Assembly (NCBI GenBank): GCA_041946805.1
Contig: JBHGBC010000002.1
Location: forward strand, 82,354 to 146,353
Direction of reading: 5' to 3'
DNA from: a bacterium
GTDB lineage: Bacteria; Hinthialibacterota; Hinthialibacteria; Hinthialibacterales; Hinthialibacteraceae
Length of the DNA: 64,000 nt
In this document: positions 47,238-57,205 of the stretch, one piece after another
Position numbering within the stretch: position 1 is the stretch's first letter
How the letters are laid out: each line of letters begins with the position of its first letter
Translations under genes and position numbers: made by a program
The notes under the pieces: generated by a model
Databases searched by the model: none
What the model was told of the DNA's origin: nothing
The model's input: the letters and a program-made list of their open reading frames with translations, nothing else

Positions 47238-48479
47238 TCAAAAGGTCTCCTGGAGCCATCGCAGCGCCCGGCGCGCCACGCCCGTCCATCCCGTGCCGTA
47301 CACGGCGGCCTGCGCGTCCCGCCGTTCATACCCGTAATGCAACAATCCGATGACCGTGGCGTAGCTGGGACTCGATACGATCTCCTCGTAGCCCGCCACC
47401 CCGTTGGGAAATCCGATATGCGTGTCCCGCTGGAACTGGTCCTGGGTCTTTTCGCGGATGCCCTCCAGCAGCGAGCTGCCGCCGGTCAGCACGATGCCGC
47501 CGTACATCACGCCCATCAGGTCGCGGGAACGCAGGGAGCGGATCACCTCCTCGATGATCTGCTCCACCCGCGCATCGATGATCTCGCACAAGAGCCGCCG
47601 TTTCACCGTGATCGTCCGGCGGTTCTTGAAGCGCACCACTTCCAGCGGTTCCTCGGGATCCACGGCGTCGAGCCAGGTGGAGCCGGAATATTTTTTCAAG
47701 GTCTCCGCGTTCTCCAAGGGGGTTTGGAAGTAATGGTTGATGTCCCGGGTGATGTCCTCGCCGCCGATGCCGATCGTTTCGCTGTGATAGATGCTGCCCT
47801 CGTAGAAAACCAGCACCGAGGTGGTTTCGCCGCCGATGTCCACCAGCGCCACGCCGATGTTCTTTTCATCCTCGGTGAGCACCGAGAGGCTGGAGGCCAC
47901 CGGCTGATAAGCCAGGTCTTCCACGGCGAAACCGGCCTTGATCACGCAGCGCCGCAGATTTTTGAGAATCGAAACCCGGCCGATGATCAGGTGCACGTCC
48001 ACTTCCAGCAGGCTGCCCACCATGCCCAGGGGGTCGCGGATGAAGGGCGTTTCGTCCAGCCGGAACCAGCGGGGCATGGGGTGGATGACCTCGAACTCGC
48101 TGGGCACGGATTTGCGGATGGCGGCCTCGATGCACTGGGCGATGTCATCGGCATTCACCGGGCGGCCGTGCTTGGAGAGAATCAGCGATCCGGTGGTGTT
48201 TTGGCTCTGGATGAAGGTGCCCGAAACGGCCGCCACGGCCTTGTGGATCTCCAGGCCGGGGACATGGTTCAAGGCCTTGTGACAGGCGTTGGAGATGGAA
48301 GCGACGATCTCTTCCAGGTTCACGATGCCGGTGGCGGACAGGCCGGAGCAGGGATGCAGCCCGTGACCCAGGATTTCGATCACCCGCCGCTCGTTCCGCC
48401 GCGCCACCACCGCGCAGACTTTCGTCGTGCCGATGTCGATGGCCAACATGTAATCCCGGTCGTACATGCGTTTCCTCAT
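47238..48479 (-). CDS. ftsA: Cell division protein FtsA
   Basis: MLAIDIGTTKVCAVVAR… actin-like ATPase. Position between ftsQ and ftsZ. Confidence 0.9.
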   Translation of the reverse strand: MRKRMYDRDYMLAIDIGTTKVCAVVARRNERRVIEILGHGLHPCSGLSATGIVNLEEIVASISNACHKALNHVPGLEIHKAVAAVSGTFIQSQNTTGSLILSKHGRPVNADDIAQCIEAAIRKSVPSEFEVIHPMPRWFRLDETPFIRDPLGMVGSLLEVDVHLIIGRVSILKNLRRCVIKAGFAVEDLAYQPVASSLSVLTEDEKNIGVALVDIGGETTSVLVFYEGSIYHSETIGIGGEDITRDINHYFQTPLENAETLKKYSGSTWLDAVDPEEPLEVVRFKNRRTITVKRRLLCEIIDARVEQIIEEVIRSLRSRDLMGVMYGGIVLTGGSSLLEGIREKTQDQFQRDTHIGFPNGVAGYEEIVSSPSYATVIGLLHYGYERRDAQAAVYGTGWTGVARRALRWLQETF

Positions 48480-49387
48480 GGCTCCAGGCGTCCGGATTGG
48501 GTGAGATACGTTTTCTCCGAGCGGTACAGGCGCGCCCACTGTTCCGGCTGCGTGGCATCGCCCCGCACGGCGAATCCTTTATCAGGAAAGCGCGCGTCGA
48601 CGTATACCGCCCGCAGGTTTTCTTCCTCCATCATGCGCCAAAACGCGCCTATCTTTTGCGTCAAGTCCGGGGATTGCAGATCGTGCATCACCATCACCCC
48701 GATCCGGCGGCGGAGATGCAGCGTGAAATTGCCGTCCTTCTGGATTTCCATCTCCACGATTTCCCGGAAAAACACGGGAACCTGGTTTTGCAATTGGTCC
48801 AAAAATCCCAGTCCCCGGATCACCCGGGGCTCTTGGACGCGATCGCCCGCCTTCTCCGGCAGGGGCAAGGCGGTTTCGATGAGTGGATGGGACAACAGCG
48901 TCTGGATATCCTCCTCGGCCGCCGGATTCTCCCCGTCCGGCCCCGCCGGGGGGATCAACGGCGGCAGCACCATGCCGTCCAGATCCAGCCCGTACAGGCC
49001 GCCGTCCGCTTTGCGCAGGAAGAAGGCCACCGGCGCGCGCTCCACGATGCTCAGATGGATCCGCTTGGGCGGAATGCGGCGCACCGCCGCGGTCCGGATG
49101 TAGGGATGCGTCTCCAGCCGCGCTCCCAGCTCTTCCAGGCTGATCAGCCAGATGTTCGTCCCCGGGGGAATGGCGGCCAGCGCGCGGATCTCCTCCCCGG
49201 TCACGCGGTGATTCCCCTGGATGGTGATTTCCTGGATGGTGAAATCGGGGGAGCGGTAGAACTTCAGGGCCAGGTCCAGGACCAGCAGGATCAGGCCGGC
49301 CAGGGAGATGCCCAGGATCAGCACCCGGCACACGTACTGCACCAGGTACACCAGGGCGTCCACGCCGCGGGAAACGAATCCGCTCAT
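48476..49387 (-). CDS. ftsQ: Cell division protein FtsQ/DivIB (POTRA domain)
   Basis: Single N-terminal TM, then POTRA-like …FTIQEITIQGNHRVTGEEI…. dcw context. ATGA start/stop overlaps with its neighbours. Confidence 0.8.
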   Translation of the reverse strand: MSGFVSRGVDALVYLVQYVCRVLILGISLAGLILLVLDLALKFYRSPDFTIQEITIQGNHRVTGEEIRALAAIPPGTNIWLISLEELGARLETHPYIRTAAVRRIPPKRIHLSIVERAPVAFFLRKADGGLYGLDLDGMVLPPLIPPAGPDGENPAAEEDIQTLLSHPLIETALPLPEKAGDRVQEPRVIRGLGFLDQLQNQVPVFFREIVEMEIQKDGNFTLHLRRRIGVMVMHDLQSPDLTQKIGAFWRMMEEENLRAVYVDARFPDKGFAVRGDATQPEQWARLYRSEKTYLTQSGRLEP

Positions 49388-50784
49388 GGTCCGCCTCCCT
49401 CCAGGCGCGCGCGGAGTTCCTCCAGAATCCGCCGGCCCACTTTCCCCACGTCCCCCGCCCCCAGGGTCACGATCAGGTCCCCTGCCCGGGCGTACGACGC
49501 CGCCACGCGGGGAATCTCATCCAGCGAGGGCACGTAGACCGCCTCGGCGCCGGCGCGCCGGACCGGATCCAGCAGCACCGCGCCGGTCACGCCGGGGATG
49601 GGCTTTTCGCGGGCGGGATAAATATCCGTCAGGATGAGAAGATCCAGCCCGGTGAAGGCCTGGCCGAATTCCTCGAGCAACTTGAGCGTGCGGGAATAGA
49701 GGTGCGGCTGGAAAATGCCGATGAGGCGGCGGGGGCGGCGGTCAAGCAGGGCCTGGATGGTCGCCTGGATTTCCGTGGGGTGATGGGCGTAGTCGTCGAT
49801 CACGGTCACGCCCCCGGCCTCGCCGGTCCTCTCCAGGCGGCGGCGAATGCCCGTAAAGCGGGAGAGGGATTCGGCGGCCTGATCAAACGGAATGCCGGCC
49901 AGATGGCTGACGGCCAGGGCGGCCAGCGCGTTGTGGGCATGCATGCGTCCGCTGACGCGCAGCCGGAGGATCCCGGCCCGTTTCCCATGGATCGAGACCT
50001 TGCAACGTCCGCCGTCCGGCTCGGGCTCATAATCCCCGCCCTGGATGTCCGCCTGGGAAAAGCCGTAACTCAGGCGCTGGATTCCGGGACGGCCCACGAG
50101 CCGCCGGCAATGGGCGCAATCCACCGAGGCCACGATCCACCCGCCGTCCCGGACGCCGTCCAGGAAGCGGTTGAACCCGGCGATGATCGCGTCCAGGTCC
50201 GGATAGAAATCGAGATGGTCGGCGTCGATGTTGTTGACAACCGCGATTTCGGGCTTGAGATGGACGAACGAACCGTCGCTCTCGTCCCCCTCGGCGATCG
50301 CCCATTCGCCCCGCCCCACGCGGCAATTGCCCCCGATCCGGTCCAGGTCCCCGCCGATAAACGCCGTGGGATCCTTCCCGGCGTCCAGGAAGACCGACAC
50401 GGTCATCCCCGTGGTGGTGGTCTTGCCGTGGGCGCCGGTGAACACCGCGGCGCGGTAATCGCGCAGCAGATAGCCCAACATCTTGGCGCGCGGCCAGATG
50501 GGAACGCCCCGCGCGCGCGCCGCCTGGATTTCGGGATTGTCTTCCTTCGCCGCCGAGGTGACAACCAACAGCGAGGCCCCCTCGATGTTCGCGGCTTGGT
50601 GATCGTGATAAATAAGGATTCCCTGCCGCTCGAGGCGTTCGGTCACGGCGTTGCGCGCCGGATCCGAGCCGGTCACGGTAAACCCCCGGCGGCGCAGGAG
50701 CGGCGCCAGCGCGCTCACTCCGATGCCCCCGATACCCACCAGGTGGATATGGGTGATCCCCGGCAGGGATTCCTGGTTCGGCAT
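49384..50784 (-). CDS. murC: UDP-N-acetylmuramate--L-alanine ligase
   Basis: IHLVGIGGIGVSALA…AVFTGAHGKTTTTGM (Mur ligase P-loop). Confidence 0.9.
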   Translation of the reverse strand: MPNQESLPGITHIHLVGIGGIGVSALAPLLRRRGFTVTGSDPARNAVTERLERQGILIYHDHQAANIEGASLLVVTSAAKEDNPEIQAARARGVPIWPRAKMLGYLLRDYRAAVFTGAHGKTTTTGMTVSVFLDAGKDPTAFIGGDLDRIGGNCRVGRGEWAIAEGDESDGSFVHLKPEIAVVNNIDADHLDFYPDLDAIIAGFNRFLDGVRDGGWIVASVDCAHCRRLVGRPGIQRLSYGFSQADIQGGDYEPEPDGGRCKVSIHGKRAGILRLRVSGRMHAHNALAALAVSHLAGIPFDQAAESLSRFTGIRRRLERTGEAGGVTVIDDYAHHPTEIQATIQALLDRRPRRLIGIFQPHLYSRTLKLLEEFGQAFTGLDLLILTDIYPAREKPIPGVTGAVLLDPVRRAGAEAVYVPSLDEIPRVAASYARAGDLIVTLGAGDVGKVGRRILEELRARLEGGGP

Positions 50785-50791
50785 GGTTCCC

Positions 50792-51907
50792 TCAACCCTT
50801 CAACAATTCAAGCAGATCGTTCGCGATGACATCCGCCGCGTCACGGCGCGCCAAGGCGGCCGCCCGCCGGCCCATTTCCCTCCGCGTTTCGGCCTGTCCC
50901 AGAAGATCCGCCAAGGCGGCGGCGAGTCCTTCCGGCGTCAGGTCTTTCTCCTCCATCACGCGGGCCGCGCCCGCGTCCTGAAACGCTCTCGCGTTCACGT
51001 ATTGATGATTCCCGCTGGCGTACGGATACGGCACGAGAATCGCGGGCAAACCCCACAGGGCGATCTCCGACAGCGAGCCCGATCCCGCACGGCTCACCAT
51101 CACGTCCGCGTCCCGGTACGCCGCCGCCATGTCGTGGATAAACGGCACGAGTTCCACGGCGGCGGGACAGAGCCGCGTCCGCGCCCAGTCGTAATTCCGT
51201 TCCCCGGTCTGCACCACCGCCCGGAACGCGGCGCCCCGGGCGGCCAGGCGGTGGAACGCCTCCAGGCTGATCTCCACCAGCCGCCGGGCTCCCTGGCTGC
51301 CCCCGGTGACCAGCACCCCGGGAACCGCCTTCGTGGAACCGGACACGGCCCGGTCCCGTTCCTCGATCAATTCCCGGCGCAGGGGAAACCCGGTCACCTG
51401 GCAGGGTAGGGTCTTCCAAAAGTCCCGCGTGGCGGGATACGTCACATACACCCGGCCGCACCAGCGCGCCATGATCCGGTTCACGGCGCCGGGCCGCACG
51501 TTCTGCTCGTGCAAGGTCAGTTTCCATCCCCGCCACCGGCCCGCGAGCAGGGCGGGAGCGGAAACGTACCCGCCCACGCCGAAAATCACGCCGGGCCGGA
51601 GAGGCTTCATCCACCGGCCGCATTGCCAGGCCGCGGCGGCGGCCCGCCACAAGGCGCGGGCGTTGGTCCAGGTCAGCCGCCGGCGCATCCCCTCCACCCT
51701 GAAGCCATGAAAGGGGATACCGCGTTTTTCGACTTCCTCCCGGTCCCGGGGGGCCTCCTTCCCGAGGTAAGCCAGCCGGACATCCGGGTCCGCGGCGCGC
51801 AGGGCTTCGGCCACCGCCAACGCCGGATACAAATGCCCTCCCGTTCCCCCGCCGGTCAGGATGATCGTCCCGGTACGGCCTTCTTCCGTTGTCCGGCTCG
51901 CGTTCAC
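50792..51907 (-). CDS. murG: Undecaprenyldiphospho-muramoylpentapeptide beta-N-acetylglucosaminyltransferase
   Basis: IILTGGGTGGHLYPALAVAEAL (MurG G-loop). GT28 C-terminal domain. Confidence 0.9.
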   Translation of the reverse strand: MNASRTTEEGRTGTIILTGGGTGGHLYPALAVAEALRAADPDVRLAYLGKEAPRDREEVEKRGIPFHGFRVEGMRRRLTWTNARALWRAAAAAWQCGRWMKPLRPGVIFGVGGYVSAPALLAGRWRGWKLTLHEQNVRPGAVNRIMARWCGRVYVTYPATRDFWKTLPCQVTGFPLRRELIEERDRAVSGSTKAVPGVLVTGGSQGARRLVEISLEAFHRLAARGAAFRAVVQTGERNYDWARTRLCPAAVELVPFIHDMAAAYRDADVMVSRAGSGSLSEIALWGLPAILVPYPYASGNHQYVNARAFQDAGAARVMEEKDLTPEGLAAALADLLGQAETRREMGRRAAALARRDAADVIANDLLELLKG

Positions 51908-51950
51908 CCCGTCCGCCCTTTCCGTCTTCCGCTTTCTGAGGCCGGCCCGG

Positions 51951-53072
51951 TCATCCCCGGGACCGGACCTGGTTGGCGTCGAAGGTCTCCTTGGCGACGC
52001 TCATCAACAATCCGATCATCGCCATGCTGACGCACAACGACGATCCGCCGTACGAGATGAACGGCAGCGAAATCCCCGTGGTAGGCAGGCAGCCGGTTAC
52101 CACGGCGATATTGATGGCGGACTGCATCCCCAGCGCGGCGGTGCATCCCGTGGCCAGCAGGCGGCCGAAGGGATTCTGGCACCGCAGCGCGATCGTGAAG
52201 CCCAGCCATACGATGGCGAGAAAGATCAGCAGCACCAGCGAGCACTTCACGAATCCCAGTTCCTCGCCCATGGCCGCGAAAATGAAGTCCGTGTGCACGA
52301 AGGGGATGAAACCCAGGGTTTGCTGCCCTTCACCCAGTCCCACGCCCCACATCCCCCCGTGGGCGAATCCGATCTCGGCTTGCTCGACGTGAAACGATTT
52401 GTCCTTGTAGGCGCCGGGCTGGAAAAAGGCGTAAATCCGCTCCAACAGATACGGCTTTTGATAGAGGGCGACCAGCACCGCCACGCACAACGCCGCGAAA
52501 AAGGGAATCACGTGCCGTATCCGGCCGCCGGCCACATACCAGATCGACACGGAGAGCACGCCGATGAACAGCGTGGCGCTGTGGCTCGGTTCCAGCAGGA
52601 TCAACCCCAGCGCCGTCACGACCAGCGACATGGGAAACATCACGCCCTTGAAGAACGAGCCCAACCGCTCGTAACGGCCCGCCCATACCGACGAGAGATA
52701 CAGGATGACCGCCAGTTTCGTGAACTCCGACGGTTGGAACTGCAAACCGAACACTACGATCCACCGCCGCGCGCCGTTCACCTTCGGCCCGAAAAACAGA
52801 ACAAAAACCAACAGGCCGATCGCCAGCACCATGAGGGCCCGCGACCACCGGTCCCAGCGGTTGTAATCCCGCGTGCTGCAGAATCCGAGGCAGGCCAGGC
52901 CGAGACTGAACGAGATCAGCTGCTTGCCCATGTACTGATACATGTTCCGGTCGGGATTCGCGGACGAAAACACGAACTGGCTGGCGCTGAGCACCATGAT
53001 GATTCCCAGCATCACCAGTCCCAGGGTCAGCACGAACAAGGCGCCCACGACAAAAGGGCCGGTGCGGATCAT
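51951..53072 (-). CDS. ftsW: Peptidoglycan glycosyltransferase FtsW (SEDS family)
   Basis: FtsW/RodA/SpoVE family multi-TM protein. Start MIRTGPF with ATGA overlapping the murD stop. The longer track ORF (to 53141) overlaps murD. Confidence 0.85.
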   Translation of the reverse strand: MIRTGPFVVGALFVLTLGLVMLGIIMVLSASQFVFSSANPDRNMYQYMGKQLISFSLGLACLGFCSTRDYNRWDRWSRALMVLAIGLLVFVLFFGPKVNGARRWIVVFGLQFQPSEFTKLAVILYLSSVWAGRYERLGSFFKGVMFPMSLVVTALGLILLEPSHSATLFIGVLSVSIWYVAGGRIRHVIPFFAALCVAVLVALYQKPYLLERIYAFFQPGAYKDKSFHVEQAEIGFAHGGMWGVGLGEGQQTLGFIPFVHTDFIFAAMGEELGFVKCSLVLLIFLAIVWLGFTIALRCQNPFGRLLATGCTAALGMQSAINIAVVTGCLPTTGISLPFISYGGSSLCVSMAMIGLLMSVAKETFDANQVRSRG

Positions 53073-54496
53073 GAATTCCACTCCTCCACCGCGCGCTTGA
53101 ACCGGTCGCCGCGGTCCGCGTAGTTCTTGAACATGTCCCAACTGGCGCAGGCGGGGGAAAGGAGCAGAATCTCACCCGCCGCGCCGTCCCGCAGGGCGTG
53201 GTCCACCGCCGCCTCGAGGGTGGCTTCCAGGTGGACCGCGGTTAGAGGCCGCCAGGCGCGCGCGAAGGTTTCCGCCGCCTCGCCGATCAGGTAAATAGCG
53301 CGGACTTTATCGCGGATCAGCGGCGTGAGGGGATCCAGGCTGTCGCCCTTGGCCTGTCCGCCGGCGATCAGCCGGACGGGCCCGGGCAGCGATTTCAAGG
53401 CGGCTTCCACCGCGTGCACGTTGGTGGCCTTGGAATCGTTGTAGCAGCGGATCCCCTTTACGTCCTTGACGAACTCCAACCGGTGCGGCAACGCTTGAAA
53501 CGATTCTATGGCGTGCAACGCCTCAGCCAGGGGGATGCCATACGACACCGACGCGCCGGCGGCCGCCAGCGCGTTCAATCCCTGCTGAGCCGGATAATTG
53601 GCGAAAGAGGGCCACGAGTGGCTCTCTTCCCTCGAACCGTCCCGGTACACCACGGATCCGTTCTGGTACAAGAGTCCCTGGGATTCCAACGAATCCACGG
53701 CAAAGGACATCTTTTGGGAACGGACCCACCGGGGACAGTTCCCCTCAACCATGGGGCCCAACCACAGTGCCTCATCCGGCGCCTGATTGATACACATCCG
53801 GAACTTCGTTTCGTAGTACTCGCGGACGGAGTTGTACCGGTCCAGGTGGTCGGGAGCGAGGTTCGTGACCACCGCCACCGCCGGCCGGAAATACTCCATC
53901 GTCTCGCACTGGTAACTGCTCACTTCCATGACCAACGGCGCGCCGCCGGTCCGCCGTCCTTCCGCCGCCACCCGCGACACGGGGTAGCCCACATTCCCCA
54001 CCGCCTCGGCGGGAATGCCCTGGCGGTTGAGAATATGCCGGATCATGTGCGTCACGGTGGTCTTGCCGTTGGTTCCCGTCACCGCCAGGATGGCGCGCTG
54101 GAGAAACCGGCAGGCCAACTCCAACTCGCCCAGGAGCGGGATGCGCGCCTGCCGCAGCCAGGTAAAAAACGGTCCGAACGGCGGCACGCCCGGGCTGACG
54201 ACGCAAAAGTCGAGCTTCTCCACCGGCTCCAACCGGCCGCTCAGCAGCTTCACGCCGCGCGGCTCCCATTCCGCCCGCAGCGCCTCGATCTTCTTGGCGT
54301 CGCTGTCGTACACGGTCACCACGGCCTTTTCCCGGCACAGCAAATCGGCGGCTCCCTGGCCGCTCTCGCCCATGCCCACGACCAGGACGTTCAGCCCGGC
54401 CAGATCGGGGCGGGGAGGGGCCAGGCGCGGCCGGATCGGCGAATCGGCCGCTTTCCAGAACCCGGGATCTATGGTATCCAAGCCGCCTGGTTCCAT
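53069..54496 (-). CDS. murD: UDP-N-acetylmuramoylalanine--D-glutamate ligase
   Basis: VLVVGMGESGQGAA…ILAVTGTNGKTTVTHM (MurD Rossmann-like N-domain and P-loop). Confidence 0.9.
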   Translation of the reverse strand: MEPGGLDTIDPGFWKAADSPIRPRLAPPRPDLAGLNVLVVGMGESGQGAADLLCREKAVVTVYDSDAKKIEALRAEWEPRGVKLLSGRLEPVEKLDFCVVSPGVPPFGPFFTWLRQARIPLLGELELACRFLQRAILAVTGTNGKTTVTHMIRHILNRQGIPAEAVGNVGYPVSRVAAEGRRTGGAPLVMEVSSYQCETMEYFRPAVAVVTNLAPDHLDRYNSVREYYETKFRMCINQAPDEALWLGPMVEGNCPRWVRSQKMSFAVDSLESQGLLYQNGSVVYRDGSREESHSWPSFANYPAQQGLNALAAAGASVSYGIPLAEALHAIESFQALPHRLEFVKDVKGIRCYNDSKATNVHAVEAALKSLPGPVRLIAGGQAKGDSLDPLTPLIRDKVRAIYLIGEAAETFARAWRPLTAVHLEATLEAAVDHALRDGAAGEILLLSPACASWDMFKNYADRGDRFKRAVEEWNS

Positions 54497-54499
54497 GGA

Positions 54500-55615
54500 T
54501 TACCGCACTTTCAACGTGGCCAGCCCCAGAAAGGCGAAGACCGCCGCCAGAATCCAGAAGCGGACCACGATGGTGGTCTCGGACCACCCTTTCATTTCAA
54601 AGTGATGATGCAACGGGGCCATCAAAAACACCCGCTTTTTGTTGCGATATTTGTACGACGCCACCTGCAGGATCACCGACACCGCTTCCAGCACGAAGAC
54701 GCCGCCGATGATGAACAGCAATAGTTCCTGCTTGATGAAAACCGCCAGGGTCCCCAGCGCTCCCCCCAGCGCCAACGACCCCGTGTCCCCCATGAATATC
54801 ATCGCTGGGTGGGCGTTGTACCACAGGAAGGCCATCGCCGCCCCGGCCAGGGCCATGGCGAACACCGCCAGCTCGCCGCTGTGGGGCACGTGCAGAATAC
54901 CCAGGTAGTTGCTGTAATCGACCCGGCCGACGATGTAGGCCAGCGCCGCGAAGGCCAAGGAGGCGATGATCACGCAGCCGCTCGCCAAGCCGTCCAGGCC
55001 GTCCGTGAGGTTCACCGCGTTGCTCGATCCGGTGATGACCAAGGCCACAAAGGGGATGTAGAAAATCCCCAGCGGGATGAAAGCGTTCTTGAAGAATGGC
55101 AATGGCAGATCGAATGGCCGGTCGGGGATCAACGGGTGGAGAAAATACAGGGAGAAGCCCACCGCCAGCCCGATGGAGAACTGCACGAACAGCTTTTGCC
55201 GGGCCTTCACGCCCAAGTATTTTTTCTCCGTCAGTTTGGTGTAATCGTCCAGGAAACCCAGCGCCCCCAGCGACAAGGTCCCCACCAGGCTGGCCAAAAC
55301 CAGGGGATTGGTCAGGTTGCCCCAGATCAAGATGGAGATGGTCACCGCGGCCAGAATCAGCGTGCCGCCCATGGTCGGCGTCCCGGATTTGTCCTTGTGA
55401 CGTTCATACAGCGCCTTGACTCCCTCGCCCCGGATGGTCTGTCCGATTTTCATCCGCGTCAGCCATTGGATGAAATAGGGACCGATCAACACGCCGATGA
55501 CCATGGCGGTCACCGCGGCCATCGCCGAGCGGAACGAGATGTAGCCCAGCACGTTGAGCACGCCCAAAAGGTCCGGATACGTCCGTGAGAGAGGGAAGAG
55601 GAACATCAGCGCCAT
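54500..55615 (-). CDS. mraY: Phospho-N-acetylmuramoyl-pentapeptide transferase
   Basis: …TPTMGG… and …NAVNLTDGLDGLA… are MraY signatures. 371 aa, 10 TM. Confidence 0.95.
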   Translation of the reverse strand: MALMFLFPLSRTYPDLLGVLNVLGYISFRSAMAAVTAMVIGVLIGPYFIQWLTRMKIGQTIRGEGVKALYERHKDKSGTPTMGGTLILAAVTISILIWGNLTNPLVLASLVGTLSLGALGFLDDYTKLTEKKYLGVKARQKLFVQFSIGLAVGFSLYFLHPLIPDRPFDLPLPFFKNAFIPLGIFYIPFVALVITGSSNAVNLTDGLDGLASGCVIIASLAFAALAYIVGRVDYSNYLGILHVPHSGELAVFAMALAGAAMAFLWYNAHPAMIFMGDTGSLALGGALGTLAVFIKQELLLFIIGGVFVLEAVSVILQVASYKYRNKKRVFLMAPLHHHFEMKGWSETTIVVRFWILAAVFAFLGLATLKVR

Positions 55616-57114
55616 GAGCCGTCCTCCCTTCCCTTGCCCGCCTCGATCAGCAGCGCGCGGGTGATTTCCCGGTCGTCAAAGGGATATTTCTGGCGGCCGA
55701 TGATCTGGTAGGTTTCGTGGCCCTTGCCCGCCACCAGCAAGATATCCCCCGCGCGCAGCTCGGTCACTCCCGCCCGCAGTGCTTCCCGCCGGTCCACGAT
55801 GATCCGGTAGCGGTCCCGGCCGGATGACATGCCCGCCACGATGTCCTCGATGATTTTCTCCGGGTCCTCGGTGCGGGGGTTGTCGGAGGTCACGATCACC
55901 CGGTCGCTGTAGCGCAGCGCGATTTCACCCATCAGGGGACGCTTGCGCTTGTCGCGGTCGCCCCCGCAACCGAACAGGGTGATGATCCGCTGGTGAGGGA
56001 TGACGGCCAGCGCCTGGAGGCATTTCTCCAGCGCGTCCGGCTTGTGACAGTAATCGACCACCACTTGCGCGCCGATCGTGTTGGGGACGGATTCGAGCCG
56101 CCCCGGCACCCCGTGGCAGGCTTCCAGTCCCTGCTGGATGACCTCCACCGGGGTTCCTGATGCCCAGGCGGCCGCGCCCGCCGCCACCAGGTTGGACACG
56201 TTGTGCGCACCGATCAGCGGGGAGTGAATGTCACACGTCCGGCCGCCGGGAAACTCCAAGCGGAAACGGAAGCCGTCCAGGCTCATGTCGATCCCGCGGG
56301 CGCGGACGTCGGCCTCCCGTTCGACCGCATAGGTCAGGAGTTTGCGCCCGGCGAGTTCGTCCCGGAAGCGGCGGCCGGTCTCGTCATCGAGGTTCAACAC
56401 CGCCGTCCCTTCCGGTTTGAGGTGCCCGGTGAACAACCGCTTTTTGGTTTCGCGGTAGTGATCCATGGTGGGGTGGAAATCAAGGTGCTCCGGGGTCAGG
56501 TTGGAGAACACGGCCACATCGAAGGCGATCTCGTCCACGCGGTGCAGCGCCAGGCCGTGCGACGACACTTCCATCACCACATGGCGGATTCCCCGGTCCG
56601 CGATTTCCCGCAGCAGCTGTTGCATTTCATGCGGCAAGGGGGTGGTGTTGGGCGATTCGCGGATCTGATCGTCGAAGCGGTACTCGATCGTGCCGATCAC
56701 CGCCGCCCGCACGCCCTCCGCCTTCCAGATGGATTCGCGCAGATAGGTGAAGGTAGTCTTGCCGCTGGATCCGGTCACGCCGGTGATATTCAGATCCCGG
56801 GCTGGATTCCCGTAGAAATTGGCCGCGACACGGGGCAGCGCCGCCAGGGTGTCGGCCACCCGGATCTGGGGCAGCGTAGACGGTTCTCCGAATCGGTCCA
56901 CCACCGCCGCGCCCGCTCCCCGGGCCGCCGCGTCAGCCAGGAACTGGTGTCCGTCGAACGCGGAACCGCGCAGCGCCACGAATAGCCCGCCCGCCCGCGT
57001 CTCGCGCGAATCGCAGGTCAGCTGTTCGAAAACGCCGGGAAGCGCGCCCCGCGTCTCGAGAATTTCCACGCCCGAAAAGATCCGGCTGCCCTCGGCCATG
57101 CCACCTCTCCTCAT
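55606..57114 (-). CDS. murE: UDP-N-acetylmuramoyl-L-alanyl-D-glutamate--2,6-diaminopimelate ligase
   Basis: GVTGSSGKTTFTYL (P-loop) and DNPR motif (…VTSDNPRTEDPE…), which specifies meso-DAP. Confidence 0.9.
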   Translation of the reverse strand: MRRGGMAEGSRIFSGVEILETRGALPGVFEQLTCDSRETRAGGLFVALRGSAFDGHQFLADAAARGAGAAVVDRFGEPSTLPQIRVADTLAALPRVAANFYGNPARDLNITGVTGSSGKTTFTYLRESIWKAEGVRAAVIGTIEYRFDDQIRESPNTTPLPHEMQQLLREIADRGIRHVVMEVSSHGLALHRVDEIAFDVAVFSNLTPEHLDFHPTMDHYRETKKRLFTGHLKPEGTAVLNLDDETGRRFRDELAGRKLLTYAVEREADVRARGIDMSLDGFRFRLEFPGGRTCDIHSPLIGAHNVSNLVAAGAAAWASGTPVEVIQQGLEACHGVPGRLESVPNTIGAQVVVDYCHKPDALEKCLQALAVIPHQRIITLFGCGGDRDKRKRPLMGEIALRYSDRVIVTSDNPRTEDPEKIIEDIVAGMSSGRDRYRIIVDRREALRAGVTELRAGDILLVAGKGHETYQIIGRQKYPFDDREITRALLIEAGKGREDGSWR

Positions 57115-57205
57115 GATGAGGAAGTACCGCTTCGTATTCGTTATTGATCAATCCCTGCATCCCGGGAAGTCTCTTCCCGCCGCGGCCCAAACGCCACACA
57201 CAGAG